Source of the DNA: Candidatus Poribacteria bacterium
GTDB taxonomy: Bacteria; Poribacteria; WGA-4E; UBA9662
Length of the DNA stretch: 64,000 nucleotides
Assembly: GCA_036339735.1 (NCBI GenBank)
Contig: JAYZAL010000041.1
Location: 1 to 64,000, forward strand
Direction of reading: 5' to 3'
A program made the position numbers and the translations under genes. Shown here one piece after another: positions 9,906 to 21,749 of the stretch (position 1 is the first letter of the stretch; every line of letters starts with the position of its first letter). The notes under the pieces are model-generated. The model searched no databases. It was not told the origin of the DNA and worked only from the letters and a program-made list of their open reading frames with translations.

Positions 9906-12900
9906 CTAGTTTGATGGATCGGCAGTAATTTGTGGTTGTGTTTGATCTAAAGATACATCAAGCCCAAGACTTTGAAGTTCCTTTACTAGAACATTAAACG
10001 ACTCTGGTGTGCCAGGAGGCGGAGCATTATGGCCTTTCACAATAGTTTCGTACATCTTACTTCGACCATTAACATCGTCTGATTTTACAGTTAAAAGCTC
10101 TTGTAATGTGTAAGCTGCGCCGTAAGCTTCTAAAGCCCAGACTTCCATTTCACCCAACCTCTGGCCGCCTTGTTGTGCTTTTCCACCTAAAGGTTGCTGG
10201 GTTACTAAAGAGTATGGTCCTGTGCTCCGAGCGTGCAATTTGTCGTCGACAAGATGGTTTAATTTCAGCATATAAGAATAACCAACAGTTGCCTCTTGAT
10301 GGAAGGGTTCACCTGTCCGACCATCGTAAAGCGTGGTTTTCCCAGTTTTTGGGAGTTTTGCTTTTTGCAAATACTCTCGAATATCGTCTTCTGTCGCTCC
10401 ATCAAAAACAGGAGTCGCAACCCTCAAGCCTAACTTTCCTACAGCCCAACCCAAGTGAGTTTCTAGGATCTGTCCTACATTCATTCGTGAAGGTACTCCC
10501 AGCGGGTTCAATGCAATGTCAATAGGCGTTCCGTCGGCCAGGTATGGCATATCTTCAGCTGGCAAAATCTTTGAAATAACCCCTTTATTACCGTGTCGTC
10601 CTGCCATTTTATCCCCAACTGAAATTTTTCGCTGGGTAGCTACGTAAACTTTGACAAGCTTAATGACACCTGGCTTTAGCTCGTCGCCCTTTTGGATTTT
10701 CTGAATACGCTCACTTCGTTCCGAAACGTGAGCATTGATACGTAATTGAGCGAGTTGACGTATTTGCTGAACCTGATCCATTGCATCTTGGTCTTCAACA
10801 AAAACCTGATCTAAAACGTGTCCATTTTCCGATAATAATTCATCGGTTAGCGTGTCACCAGATTTAGCTATAATTTTGTCACCATCACGTAAATTACTGA
10901 CTAAAACTTGCCCGTTTAAAATGGAAGCAATCTCTTGATTCTTGCGTTGGCTAATCAATTGGCAGTTGCGAGAACAAATCAGTTCGGCTTCTTTGATCTT
11001 AGAGCTTTCACGTAGTTCAGTTTGGCGGTCTTTTTCTTTTTCTTTTCTAGAAAAAACCTTTACGTCAATAACCGTACCCTCGACACCTGGTTTAGCGTAG
11101 GAAGATGCGTCCTTAACTTCGCCGACTTTCTCACCAAAAATTGCTCGCAGTAGTTTCTCTTCTGGACCTAGGTCGCTCTCACCCTTTGGTGTGACTTTCC
11201 CAACCAAAATGGTACCTGGCTCGACTTTTGATCCAACTTGGATGATTCCCTCATCGTCTAATTGGCTCAATGCTTCCTCAGATAAATTGGGAATATCTCG
11301 AGTGATTTCTTCTTTTCCCATTTTTGTTTCGCGAGCTTCCACTTCAAACTCGTTTATGTGAATGGACGTATAAACATCATCCTTTACAAGTCTTTCGCTG
11401 ATCAAGATTGCATCTTCAAAATTGTATCCTTCCCAGGGTAAGAAAGCTACCAAAGCATTATTGCCTAATGCTAACTCACCACCTTCAGTAGATGCTCCAT
11501 CTGCGATTACTTGTCCTGCCTCAACATGGTCTCCGGCAGATACCAGAGGCCTTTGATGTATACATGTATCATTATTTGATCTTTTGAAATTCTGCAACCG
11601 ATATATATCATATCCCATTTCAGAAGAGGATTGTTCACCACCTTCAACACGAGCCGTATCATCTGTCCGAATTATAATTTCTGATGCTGAAACACGATCA
11701 ACGATTCCGTCATTTTTTGCTAATACTACAGCACTTGAATCACGAGCAGCTTTAGCTTCCATTCCTGTCCCGACATAAGGAGCTTCAGGTTTAATTAATG
11801 GTACAGACTGACGCTGCATGTTACTTCCCATGAGGGCTCGATTGGCATCATCATGCTCCAAGAATGGGATAAGAGCGGCTGAAACACCAACGATCTGTTT
11901 GGGTGAAACATCAATGTAGTCAACATCACTAGGAGCAACACGCGTGAAGTCTCCTCTTTTTCGAGTCATCAATGTGCCACCTTTCCCGTCTGGCAGGAGG
12001 TTGCTTTTCTCATCAACATTACTATTGGCTTGAGCAACAGTATATCGATCCTCTTCTTCCGCAGTTAAATAACTAATCTGATCGCTCACTTGACCGTCCA
12101 CTACTTTCCGGTAGGGAGTCTCCAAGAAGCCGTAATCATTAATGCGAGCAAATGTCCCTAATGAAACTATTAAACCAACAGATGGCCCTTCTGGGGTTTC
12201 GATCGGGCAAATTCGACCGTAGTGAGTCCTGTGAACATCACGGACTTCATATGTTGCTCGTTCTCGATGCAATCCACCAGGACCCAATGCGCTCAATCGA
12301 CGTTTATGCGTTAGTTCATCTAGCGGATTGATTTGTTGCATGAACTGAGACAATTGGCTTGAACCAAAGAAATCTTTTAAAGACGCTGATAAAGGTTTAG
12401 GGTTAACCAAGTCTAATGGCGTCATGGTGTCCCCTTCTTTACTCTGCTTAACCGTTATTTTCTCACGAGTAGCACGTGCAACGCGAAGCATGCCGACACG
12501 GACTTGATTCATCAGTAATTCACCGACTGCTCGAACACGTCGATTCCCTAAGTGGTCGATATCATCTAATGAAGCAACACCGTTTTGAACATCCAATAGA
12601 TGCTTCAAGGTTGCAGTTATATCTTCTTTCCTAAGGTAAGGTTCGCTGGGTAGTATTTCCTTTGCTGCTTGTTGCAAACCTTCAGTGACCTCTTGTCCTG
12701 CAAGCGCCAAAACTTCACCGTCATTGCCCTTCAGGTCTCTTGACAAAGGTTCACCAATCTTACCAAGCCCTGAGTAGTATGAAGCAATATGATTGAATTT
12801 CTGATTAAGCTTATAGCGACCAACATCAGCAAGGTCATAACGTAGCGGATCAAAAAACAGCTTCTCAAATCGATTTTTAGCACTTTCTATGGTTGGAGGG

Positions 12901-13877
12901 TCTCCAGGTTGTATTTTCCGGAATATCTCGACAAGAGCTTGATCTTTGATATCTCCCTCTGTATAAGGCGCTGATTGTCGATCTTTCTCAATCGTATTAC
13001 GCAGGAAACGAGTTGCTTCTGAATCGTACGGAGTTAGGACTTCAACTGAGATTATGCCCGCCTGACTCAACACTTCCAAATCTGTTTCAGCAAACTCGCT
13101 ACATGATTCATACAGGATCTCACCTGTCTCACGGTCTATCAATGTACCAATTGAAATCCGACCAACTAAACTGCTCCCAACAGGAACTTCCTCTGTTTCT
13201 TCTACGTACAATCGCATGATATCTTCATCTGTCTCCCAACCTAAAGCTCTCAATAAAACGGTGGCAAACATTTTTTTCTTGCGATCTAACCGAACGTAAA
13301 TCAAATCCTTAATATCAAATTCAAACTCAATCCAGGCCCCACGGTAAGGAATAATAGCGGCTTTCAGTAATTTGTGGCCACCGCTATGTGTATCCTCTTT
13401 GAACGTTGCACTAGGTGAGCGGTGTAGTTGGTTTACAATAACACGTTCACTACCATTTATAATAAAAGTGCCTTGCTCAGTCATCAGAGGTATTTCGCCC
13501 ATATAAACCTCTGACTCCATGATTTCGCTTGGTCCTTCTTCTTCTTTGTTTTGATGTCGCAGCTGAAAGGTGATTTTCAGAGGGACCGCATAGCTAAAGC
13601 CGCGGGCTTGACATTCTTCAATGTCGTACTTGGGATCACCAAGTGTGTAACTAACAAAATCTATACTGGAGGCTTCTGCAAAGTCAGTAATTGGAAAAAC
13701 TTCTCGTAAGACTGATTGCAGGCCAATATTTTTGCGTTCACCTGGTGGCACGCCCCTTTGCAAGAAATCTCGGTAGGATTTTCGCTGGATTTCGATTAGG
13801 TCAGGCAGGTCTTCAACTTCTCGAATTTTAGAAAACGATATCCTGTCTTGTTTGCTAAGGCTCACCGGGTTGGGCAT
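9906..13877 (-). CDS. rpoB: DNA-directed RNA polymerase subunit beta
   Basis: [62 protein letters not shown]. Start placed at ATG 13877 after the RBS GAGGGAG (ORF track 13904). Confidence 0.99.
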   Translation of the reverse strand: MPNPVSLSKQDRISFSKIREVEDLPDLIEIQRKSYRDFLQRGVPPGERKNIGLQSVLREVFPITDFAEASSIDFVSYTLGDPKYDIEECQARGFSYAVPLKITFQLRHQNKEEEGPSEIMESEVYMGEIPLMTEQGTFIINGSERVIVNQLHRSPSATFKEDTHSGGHKLLKAAIIPYRGAWIEFEFDIKDLIYVRLDRKKKMFATVLLRALGWETDEDIMRLYVEETEEVPVGSSLVGRISIGTLIDRETGEILYESCSEFAETDLEVLSQAGIISVEVLTPYDSEATRFLRNTIEKDRQSAPYTEGDIKDQALVEIFRKIQPGDPPTIESAKNRFEKLFFDPLRYDLADVGRYKLNQKFNHIASYYSGLGKIGEPLSRDLKGNDGEVLALAGQEVTEGLQQAAKEILPSEPYLRKEDITATLKHLLDVQNGVASLDDIDHLGNRRVRAVGELLMNQVRVGMLRVARATREKITVKQSKEGDTMTPLDLVNPKPLSASLKDFFGSSQLSQFMQQINPLDELTHKRRLSALGPGGLHRERATYEVRDVHRTHYGRICPIETPEGPSVGLIVSLGTFARINDYGFLETPYRKVVDGQVSDQISYLTAEEEDRYTVAQANSNVDEKSNLLPDGKGGTLMTRKRGDFTRVAPSDVDYIDVSPKQIVGVSAALIPFLEHDDANRALMGSNMQRQSVPLIKPEAPYVGTGMEAKAARDSSAVVLAKNDGIVDRVSASEIIIRTDDTARVEGGEQSSSEMGYDIYRLQNFKRSNNDTCIHQRPLVSAGDHVEAGQVIADGASTEGGELALGNNALVAFLPWEGYNFEDAILISERLVKDDVYTSIHINEFEVEARETKMGKEEITRDIPNLSEEALSQLDDEGIIQVGSKVEPGTILVGKVTPKGESDLGPEEKLLRAIFGEKVGEVKDASSYAKPGVEGTVIDVKVFSRKEKEKDRQTELRESSKIKEAELICSRNCQLISQRKNQEIASILNGQVLVSNLRDGDKIIAKSGDTLTDELLSENGHVLDQVFVEDQDAMDQVQQIRQLAQLRINAHVSERSERIQKIQKGDELKPGVIKLVKVYVATQRKISVGDKMAGRHGNKGVISKILPAEDMPYLADGTPIDIALNPLGVPSRMNVGQILETHLGWAVGKLGLRVATPVFDGATEDDIREYLQKAKLPKTGKTTLYDGRTGEPFHQEATVGYSYMLKLNHLVDDKLHARSTGPYSLVTQQPLGGKAQQGGQRLGEMEVWALEAYGAAYTLQELLTVKSDDVNGRSKMYETIVKGHNAPPPGTPESFNVLVKELQSLGLDVSLDQTQPQITADPSN

Positions 13878-13960
13878 ACTATCTCCCTCTTTGCGTATGT
13901 GCACTACACTCGTATTTGGTTGGAGTTTAGTTGTAGAAAACAGATAAAGCTAAACGGCTC

Positions 13961-13989
13961 ATTATACCATGACAACCCCTGCCTGTCAA
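13961..13989 (-). promoter_or_regulatory. Consensus sigma70 promoter of the rpoBC transcription unit
   Basis: Minus strand TTGACA (13989-13984), 17-nt spacer, TATAAT (13966-13961), with extended -10 TG. Confidence 0.85.
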
Positions 13990-14283
13990 ACCCATTCTCA
14001 GGTGTAACAGCCTTTCTATTATGCGACCGATTTAAAAAATGCGAACAGGCACGAAACTAAGGATATATTCATACCGACATTTTGGTCCATTTGTTGTTCA
14101 GTCTTGGTAAGCTATATTAATTTGGCGAAGTCGATTTCCAACAAGAAAAGCTTAAGTCGTTGACCGTGTCGAAAGCCACAACGGCTAACAGGTCGCAATC
14201 TTCGGAAAAATAGTTTTCAGGATTAACAACTGTCCCAGCTAATCTGCCACAAAAAAGTGAACATAGGCGAGGTAAACCGAAAT

Positions 14284-14331
14284 CAGAAAAAGGCCAGTTG
14301 CCGGACGGAACAGGCAACTGGCCTTTTTCTG
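14284..14331. terminator. Bidirectional intrinsic terminator after groEL
   Basis: Perfect 19-bp inverted repeat CAGAAAAAGGCCAGTTGCC / GGCAACTGGCCTTTTTCTG with a 10-nt loop; a U-tract follows the stem on either strand. Confidence 0.85.
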
Positions 14332-14357
14332 GATAATGTATCTCGGATCAAGCGTTT

Positions 14358-15992
<1,635 letters not shown>

Positions 15993-16027
15993 TTATTTAA
16001 TTCTCCTTAATTGTTTCAAAGATTCAG

Positions 16028-16321
16028 TTACGAGCCGATCTTGGCTAGGATATCATCTTCACGCAAGATCAAGTATTCTTCACCTTCGTATTCGACTTCG
16101 GTCCCAGCAAATTTACCAAACAATACTTTGTCCCCAGCTGAAACGTTGAGCGCTTGACGGGTTCCGTCATCTAGTAAACGTCCGTCTCCAACAGATACGA
16201 CTTCACCTTCTTGTGGTTTCTCTTTAGCAGTATCAGGAATTATGATCCCGCCACTGGTTGTCTGTTCATCTTCGTTAGGTCGTTTGACCAAAACGCGATC
16301 ACCAAGTGGTGTTAATGCCAT
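16028..16321 (-). CDS. groS: Co-chaperonin GroES
   Basis: [24 protein letters not shown]; directly upstream of groEL. Confidence 0.98.
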   Translation of the reverse strand: MALTPLGDRVLVKRPNEDEQTTSGGIIIPDTAKEKPQEGEVVSVGDGRLLDDGTRQALNVSAGDKVLFGKFAGTEVEYEGEEYLILREDDILAKIGS

Positions 16322-16534
16322 TGAATTTTCTCCTATGATTATGATTGTTATTGCTGCGGTTATACTCCACAGCCTGTTGACGGGCTCGTATATTCTATTG
16401 TCTTATAACAAGCCTAACTCTATACAGGTTTTGTCTCGATCTGAAAAGCATGCAGGGATGGGTGTCAAATAGTCCCCCTTAAGCTCAACCAAACGAGCGT
16501 GCCTATTTTACACCCCAACCATTTGGACTTCAAG

Positions 16535-17521
16535 TCAATTTTCGATGTGGATGACTCGTTTTAAGTTCGCTGATTCATAGGCAGCAGAAATGATTTGGTT
16601 ATTACGCACACCATCTAAACCTGTAACGATAGGATAGTCTTCCCCAACAACACAGCGAAAAAAGTGCTCAAACTGTTGTTGAAATAGATCCTCGAATTGT
16701 GATTCGATAATATCAATTTGGCCCTTAGTCTCTCGTCTGATTTTCCATCCATTTTCATTGTAAACGATAACTGAACCGTCAGTTCCATATATTTCTAGGA
16801 CTTGGGGGGATAGTTGTGCCGCAAAGCTCGTCTCTGTAATAGCTTGTACACCATTTTCGAATTGTAGCATCACTAGGCCAGTTTCTTCGACTGGGTAGCT
16901 ATAGACAAAATCAGAACAAAAAGCGCTGACATCAGCGACCTCCCCGAAAAACCAGCGCAACAAATCAATACTATGTGCGCCTAAATCCATGATGCTACCA
17001 CCACCACTCTTGGCGGGGTCGATATGCCAGTCATCACGATTTTTGGGAGCATTTTTCATGAATGGCATACGGGCGTAAATAACCGTACCAAAACAATCTT
17101 CAATCAACCATTGGCGGACTTTCTGAAAACAAGAATGAAAACGGAACAAAAAACAAATCTGAAGGTTAACACCGTTCGATTTACAAGCATCAACGATCTT
17201 TTGAGATTGGTCTTGATTAAGAGATAACGGCTTATCACATAAGATGTGAAGACCTTTTTCGGCCGCAGCAATCGCTTGCTGCGCATGAAGAAAAACTGGA
17301 GTGGCAATGTAAACCGCATCCAACTCTGGGTCAGCAAGGAGATCGTTCATATCAGTATAGGATACCGCTGCCCCAAACCGTTCAGCCAAGAGTTGACCGC
17401 GTTTTGGATCTCGAGATAAAATCGCATGTAATTCATTTTTTGAGGTTTTTTGCATGGCAGGTATAGAACGCCTCTGAGCAACACTACCAGCACCTATGAC
17501 TCCCCATTTCAAATTATCCAT
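16535..17521 (-). CDS. Gfo/Idh/MocA family oxidoreductase
   Basis: WGVIGAGSVA, DAVYIATPVFLH, LCDKPL, GGGSIMDLGAHSID. Confidence 0.9.
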   Translation of the reverse strand: MDNLKWGVIGAGSVAQRRSIPAMQKTSKNELHAILSRDPKRGQLLAERFGAAVSYTDMNDLLADPELDAVYIATPVFLHAQQAIAAAEKGLHILCDKPLSLNQDQSQKIVDACKSNGVNLQICFLFRFHSCFQKVRQWLIEDCFGTVIYARMPFMKNAPKNRDDWHIDPAKSGGGSIMDLGAHSIDLLRWFFGEVADVSAFCSDFVYSYPVEETGLVMLQFENGVQAITETSFAAQLSPQVLEIYGTDGSVIVYNENGWKIRRETKGQIDIIESQFEDLFQQQFEHFFRCVVGEDYPIVTGLDGVRNNQIISAAYESANLKRVIHIEN

Positions 17522-17536
17522 AAAAATTATTCCCCT

Positions 17537-18466
17537 TTAAAAACCAAGCAACTTGACCTCCAATTGTAGATCAATTCCGAATTTATCTTTCACGGTTAAC
17601 TGAATTACCTCAACTAATTCTAAAACATCTCTTGAGGTCGCGTAACCATGGTTAATAATAAAATTAGCATGCATAGTTGAAACTTCAGCTCCACCAACTT
17701 TGGTACCTTTTAATCCACAGTGGTCAATTAACCAACCTGCGGAATAACCATCTGGGTTTTTGAACATACAACCTGCGTTACCTGAGACAAAAGGTTGAGT
17801 TTGAACTTTCTTCTGATAGAAGTCTTTCATCTTTTTTGTTACTTGATGGGGCTCGGAATATACTAGTTTTAACACTGCTTGAATAACACAAAAAAAGTTA
17901 TCAAGTTTGCTTTTCCGATATTCAAATTGTGCCTGTTGTGCTGTTAGATCGACGATTTCTCCATGATTAGTGACTACTCGTATATTCTGGATAATCTGGC
18001 TAAAATCACTATCCCATGCCCCCGCATTCATGACCAACCCACCACCAACTGACCCTGGGATACCAAGAGCAAACTCAACCCCACTCAATCCATGTCGGGC
18101 GGCACTTTTGGCTAATTTCGCTTGTGAAGCGCCTGCTGCAGCATATACCAAGTCGTTCTCGACTGTTAATTGCCTAAGTTGCCCGGTTAATCGGATGACA
18201 ATTCCTCTGAAACCTGTGTCACTAACTAATAAATTTGAGCCCCTACCCAGAATAAAAGTATCCAATCCATAATCTGTCTTGAATTTTGCAATTTGAGTCA
18301 GTAAGTCAACTTGATTTATTTCCAGATAAATAGAAGCATTACCACCAATCCCAAAGTAGGTCTCTCGACTCAGAGGATAATCAAAGTATAGGGTTGAATT
18401 TGGGTAGGATTTACAAAGTTGTAAAAGATCTGACCGCCAAATTTCTGGTTTTTGAATCACTTCCAT
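17537..18466 (-). CDS. murB: UDP-N-acetylenolpyruvoylglucosamine reductase
   Basis: TYFGIGGNA, LGRGSNLLVSD, GIPGSVGGGLVMNAGA, AGCMFKNP, HANFIIN. Confidence 0.96.
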   Translation of the reverse strand: MEVIQKPEIWRSDLLQLCKSYPNSTLYFDYPLSRETYFGIGGNASIYLEINQVDLLTQIAKFKTDYGLDTFILGRGSNLLVSDTGFRGIVIRLTGQLRQLTVENDLVYAAAGASQAKLAKSAARHGLSGVEFALGIPGSVGGGLVMNAGAWDSDFSQIIQNIRVVTNHGEIVDLTAQQAQFEYRKSKLDNFFCVIQAVLKLVYSEPHQVTKKMKDFYQKKVQTQPFVSGNAGCMFKNPDGYSAGWLIDHCGLKGTKVGGAEVSTMHANFIINHGYATSRDVLELVEVIQLTVKDKFGIDLQLEVKLLGF

Positions 18467-18601
18467 AATCTTTTGTGTAGCTCAATGCAAATGTGCTATT
18501 ATTGGCAATCATAGCAAAATAGTACGTACAGATGCAACACGGTATTCATATTTGTACAGTAGTGCTAGTCGAATACTTATGACTAAAAAGGAGGTAGGTC
18601 T

Positions 18602-19648
18602 GTGCCAACTAGGATAGGAATTGTAGGGGCTTCCGGTTATACTAGTAGTGAGTTGATGCGGCTATTGGTGCAACATCCATCTGGTTTTGAACTAGCGCTA
18701 GTTACTTCTGAAACATATAGTGGCTATCGAGTTGATCAGATTTTACCTAACCTTAAAGGGTTCGTTGATCTTAGTTTTGAAACACTAGACATGAATCGAC
18801 TAAAGGGTGAGGTCGATGTTGTTGTACTAGGTGTACCACATAAAGTGTCAATGAGCTTAGTACCAGAGATCTCGAACCAAGGTTTACGCATTGTCGATTT
18901 TAGTGCAGACTACAGATTGCGTGAAGAAGAAGTATATAACAAATGGTACCGTACAAATCATACTGATACCTTCCGTTTGAGTCATAGCGTTTACGGCCTG
19001 CCTGAGCGATATCGAGAACTAATCCGTTCTGCTCAGTTAGTTGCTAACCCTGGTTGCTATCCGACCGGATCAATTCTGGCATTGGCACCTTTAGTAAAAG
19101 AACATATTGTTGACACCACCACAATTATCATCGACTCTAAGTCGGGTATCTCTGGAGCAGGTAGTAAGCCTAAAGACATAACCCATTATTCGAATCGAGA
19201 ATCAAACACGGTTACTTATGGCTTACCAACGCACAGACATACGCCAGAAATTGAACAAGAACTAAGGGTTATATCTGGGGCGGATATCGTAGTTACATTT
19301 GCGCCACATTTGGTGCCGATGACAAGAGGAATCTTGACAACTGCGTATGCCAAGCTTACATCGCCTATAACGACTGCTAGCCTTATAGATCGATATCGAC
19401 AGACCTATCAGGATGAACCTTTCGTACGGGTGCTAAACGAAGGTGAATACCCACAAACTAAATCTGTTTTAGGTAGTAATTTCTGCCACATAGGTTTGGT
19501 TGTTGATCCTCGAACGCAACGGGTAGTTGTCATGTCGGCAATTGATAATATAATGAAGGGTGCCGCCGGCGCTGTTGTTCAAAACCTTAACCTAATGTAT
19601 GGACTGAATGAAAAAACTGGTCTGATGTACCCAGGCATGATGCCTTAG
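18602..19648 (+). CDS. argC: N-acetyl-gamma-glutamyl-phosphate reductase
   Basis: GIVGASGYT, DFSADYRL, VANPGCYPT, HRHTPEIEQ, IDNIMKGAAG; RBS AAGGAGG before the GTG start. Confidence 0.97.
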   Translation: MPTRIGIVGASGYTSSELMRLLVQHPSGFELALVTSETYSGYRVDQILPNLKGFVDLSFETLDMNRLKGEVDVVVLGVPHKVSMSLVPEISNQGLRIVDFSADYRLREEEVYNKWYRTNHTDTFRLSHSVYGLPERYRELIRSAQLVANPGCYPTGSILALAPLVKEHIVDTTTIIIDSKSGISGAGSKPKDITHYSNRESNTVTYGLPTHRHTPEIEQELRVISGADIVVTFAPHLVPMTRGILTTAYAKLTSPITTASLIDRYRQTYQDEPFVRVLNEGEYPQTKSVLGSNFCHIGLVVDPRTQRVVVMSAIDNIMKGAAGAVVQNLNLMYGLNEKTGLMYPGMMP

Positions 19649-19686
19649 AACAGATTTAATTAGCTAAAAAAATTGATGGAGTCTTG

Positions 19687-20259
19687 ATGTCAGAAGAAAT
19701 ACAGCAGACAAACTATAAAGGACTATTACAACAGTACTGCCTGGTACGTTACCCATCGCCACCCGTGTACGAGACTCGACAAGTTTCATCAACTGACGAC
19801 GGTCGCCCGCCAAAATGGTTGGTAAGTATACAATATTCCAAGGAGGTTTTTGAAGTTTCAAAACCGATAGAAGGAAACAAGAAGTATGCTGAGCAAGAAG
19901 CTGCCAGACAATTAATGGAAAAACTGGATTCTAAACAAACGGAGTTTCTAGCAGGAAAGGAAACTCCCAATATTCAAGAGGAATCAAGTGTTCGGCCCAT
20001 TTCTGAAGGACCCCCAATTTCTGTTCCATCGGAAATAGTTGCGGCAGCATTACAGATAGCAAGCCAACGATTATGTGCCTTGCCCAACACACGTCAGGGG
20101 TCTTATCGACGAAGCAATCACGATGACTTTACCAAACAAATTGGAGAACTAACTATCAAAATAGTTCGTTCAATAGTCGATGCAGCTGGTGAAAAAAATC
20201 AGGTGGATTTTGGTCAAAAGACCTTGAATCTAGGCAAAAACGACTCATTTACAACATAG
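19687..20259 (+). CDS. Stand-alone double-stranded RNA-binding domain (dsRBD) protein with a C-terminal helical region
   Basis: NYKGLLQQYC...PPVYE...W.VSI...GNKKYAEQEAARQLMEKL matches the dsRBD pattern; no RNase III catalytic signature. RBS GGAG before ATG 19687. Confidence 0.75.
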   Translation: MSEEIQQTNYKGLLQQYCLVRYPSPPVYETRQVSSTDDGRPPKWLVSIQYSKEVFEVSKPIEGNKKYAEQEAARQLMEKLDSKQTEFLAGKETPNIQEESSVRPISEGPPISVPSEIVAAALQIASQRLCALPNTRQGSYRRSNHDDFTKQIGELTIKIVRSIVDAAGEKNQVDFGQKTLNLGKNDSFTT

Positions 20260-20268
20260 CTATATTCA

Positions 20269-21723
20269 TTGGTCGACTTATTTAGAAGAACCCACCGCGC
20301 GATTCTTTCTGGACAACAGGTCTCCGTCTTTGGCCTTGGTCGTAGTGGAGTAGCTGTAACAAAGCTATTAATTAGATCAGGTGCAAATATCCTTGGAACT
20401 GATAATCGACCTGCTGATGTCCTGCAGCCTATCGTTGATAGTCTGAATGATTTTGCTTTATCCAAAGAGGCTACAGTTGACTTCATTTTGGGGGGACACA
20501 ATGATGATTGTATCAATAAAGCTGATTTGATCATAGTTTCACCTGGAGTTGCAGTCAATCAACTTCCAATCCTGAGAAGAGCGATAGAAAAAGGAATTCC
20601 AATACTCAGTGAGTTGGAGGTTGCCAGTTTGGTCTGCTTGGCTCCTATTATTGCTATTACCGGTACAAAAGGAAAAACTACTACAGCAATATTAACTGCT
20701 GAGATTTTAAAAAAAGGCAACTTCAGACGAGTCTGCCTAGCTGGTAACATTGGTCAACCATTATCCAGTTTCGCATTGGGTCTAACATCGGAAGATGTGG
20801 TGGTAACTGAAGTGAGTAGCTTTCAGCTAGAGATGACCCATCGTTTCCGTCCTGCTATTAGTGCTATTTTAAACCTATCTCCTGATCACTTAGATCGCCA
20901 CGGAAGCTTTGCCCTTTACCAACAAGCCAAGAACAAAATTTACGCTAACCAAACTAGAGACGATTGGAGCATTCTAAATGCTGATGACCCATATACTGAT
21001 AGTTTAGTAAGTTCGAAAAGAATAAATGCGAGGACAATTTTATTTTCACTGACTGATCATAGAAATGACCGGATCCGCGCATACCAGCAAGACGGAATCA
21101 TTTATCTGAAAGATCATAATTCCAGAAAATTTGTTGCTGAATATGCGTCCACAAATTTACAAGGACAGCACAACTTAGCTAATATATTAGCCTCAGTCAA
21201 CATTGGAAAAATTTGTGGTGTCTCAATTCAAAGCATAAGACAATCGCTTCAAGTTTTTGACGCATCTACCCATTTACCATTACAACATGCATTTCAACAG
21301 GTCTCATCAATTAATCGAATCCGTTTCATTGATGATTCAAAGGCAACCAACGTGGCTGCAACAAAAGCTGCTTTAGAATCTGTCCCTAGTATTCAAAAAC
21401 ACACAATTCTCATTATGGGAGGTTACGACAAAGGGAACGACTATTCACCACTAGTCCAGCTTATCAAATTAAGGGTCAAAGTCTTAATTTTGTTAGGTGA
21501 AAACACAGAAATTATTCGAAACGTCCTCTCACAACATGTCGTTACTGTTGACGTGCGCACAATGGATTCAGCTGTCCAAAAAGCATATAAATATGCGCGT
21601 CCCGGCGATATAATCTTGCTTTCACCTGCTAATGCGAGTTTCGATATGTTTTCAGATTACAAAGCCCGTGGTCAAGCATTTCAAACAGCGATCAATAATT
21701 TAAAAAATACTAATGAAGACTAG
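20269..21723 (+). CDS. murD: UDP-N-acetylmuramoyl-L-alanine:D-glutamate ligase
   Basis: FGLGRSG, VSPGV, ITGTKGKTTT, EVSSFQL, NLSPDHLDRH, DDSKATN, LLSPANASFDMF. Confidence 0.96.
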   Translation: MVDLFRRTHRAILSGQQVSVFGLGRSGVAVTKLLIRSGANILGTDNRPADVLQPIVDSLNDFALSKEATVDFILGGHNDDCINKADLIIVSPGVAVNQLPILRRAIEKGIPILSELEVASLVCLAPIIAITGTKGKTTTAILTAEILKKGNFRRVCLAGNIGQPLSSFALGLTSEDVVVTEVSSFQLEMTHRFRPAISAILNLSPDHLDRHGSFALYQQAKNKIYANQTRDDWSILNADDPYTDSLVSSKRINARTILFSLTDHRNDRIRAYQQDGIIYLKDHNSRKFVAEYASTNLQGQHNLANILASVNIGKICGVSIQSIRQSLQVFDASTHLPLQHAFQQVSSINRIRFIDDSKATNVAATKAALESVPSIQKHTILIMGGYDKGNDYSPLVQLIKLRVKVLILLGENTEIIRNVLSQHVVTVDVRTMDSAVQKAYKYARPGDIILLSPANASFDMFSDYKARGQAFQTAINNLKNTNED

Positions 21724-21749
21724 TTCTATTCGTTGATGTTAGATTAATT

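Noticed and set aside
14117-14317. 66-aa ORF between rpoB and groEL
   Set aside because: It starts inside the terminator hairpin, has no RBS and shows no protein-like features.
16489-16504. Possible sigma-54 promoter AGGCACG... upstream of groES (and TGGCACG near 52470)
   Set aside because: The -12 GC is not at the required spacing in either case.
18568-18585. Possible ARG box before argC (AGTCGAATACTTATGACT)
   Set aside because: Single, weak match lacking the TG...CA ends of the ArgR consensus.
21270-21300. MurD 'QHAF' in place of the usual 'PHRL/HRLE' motif
   Set aside because: All other MurD motifs are intact; a single substitution gives no basis for a functional claim.
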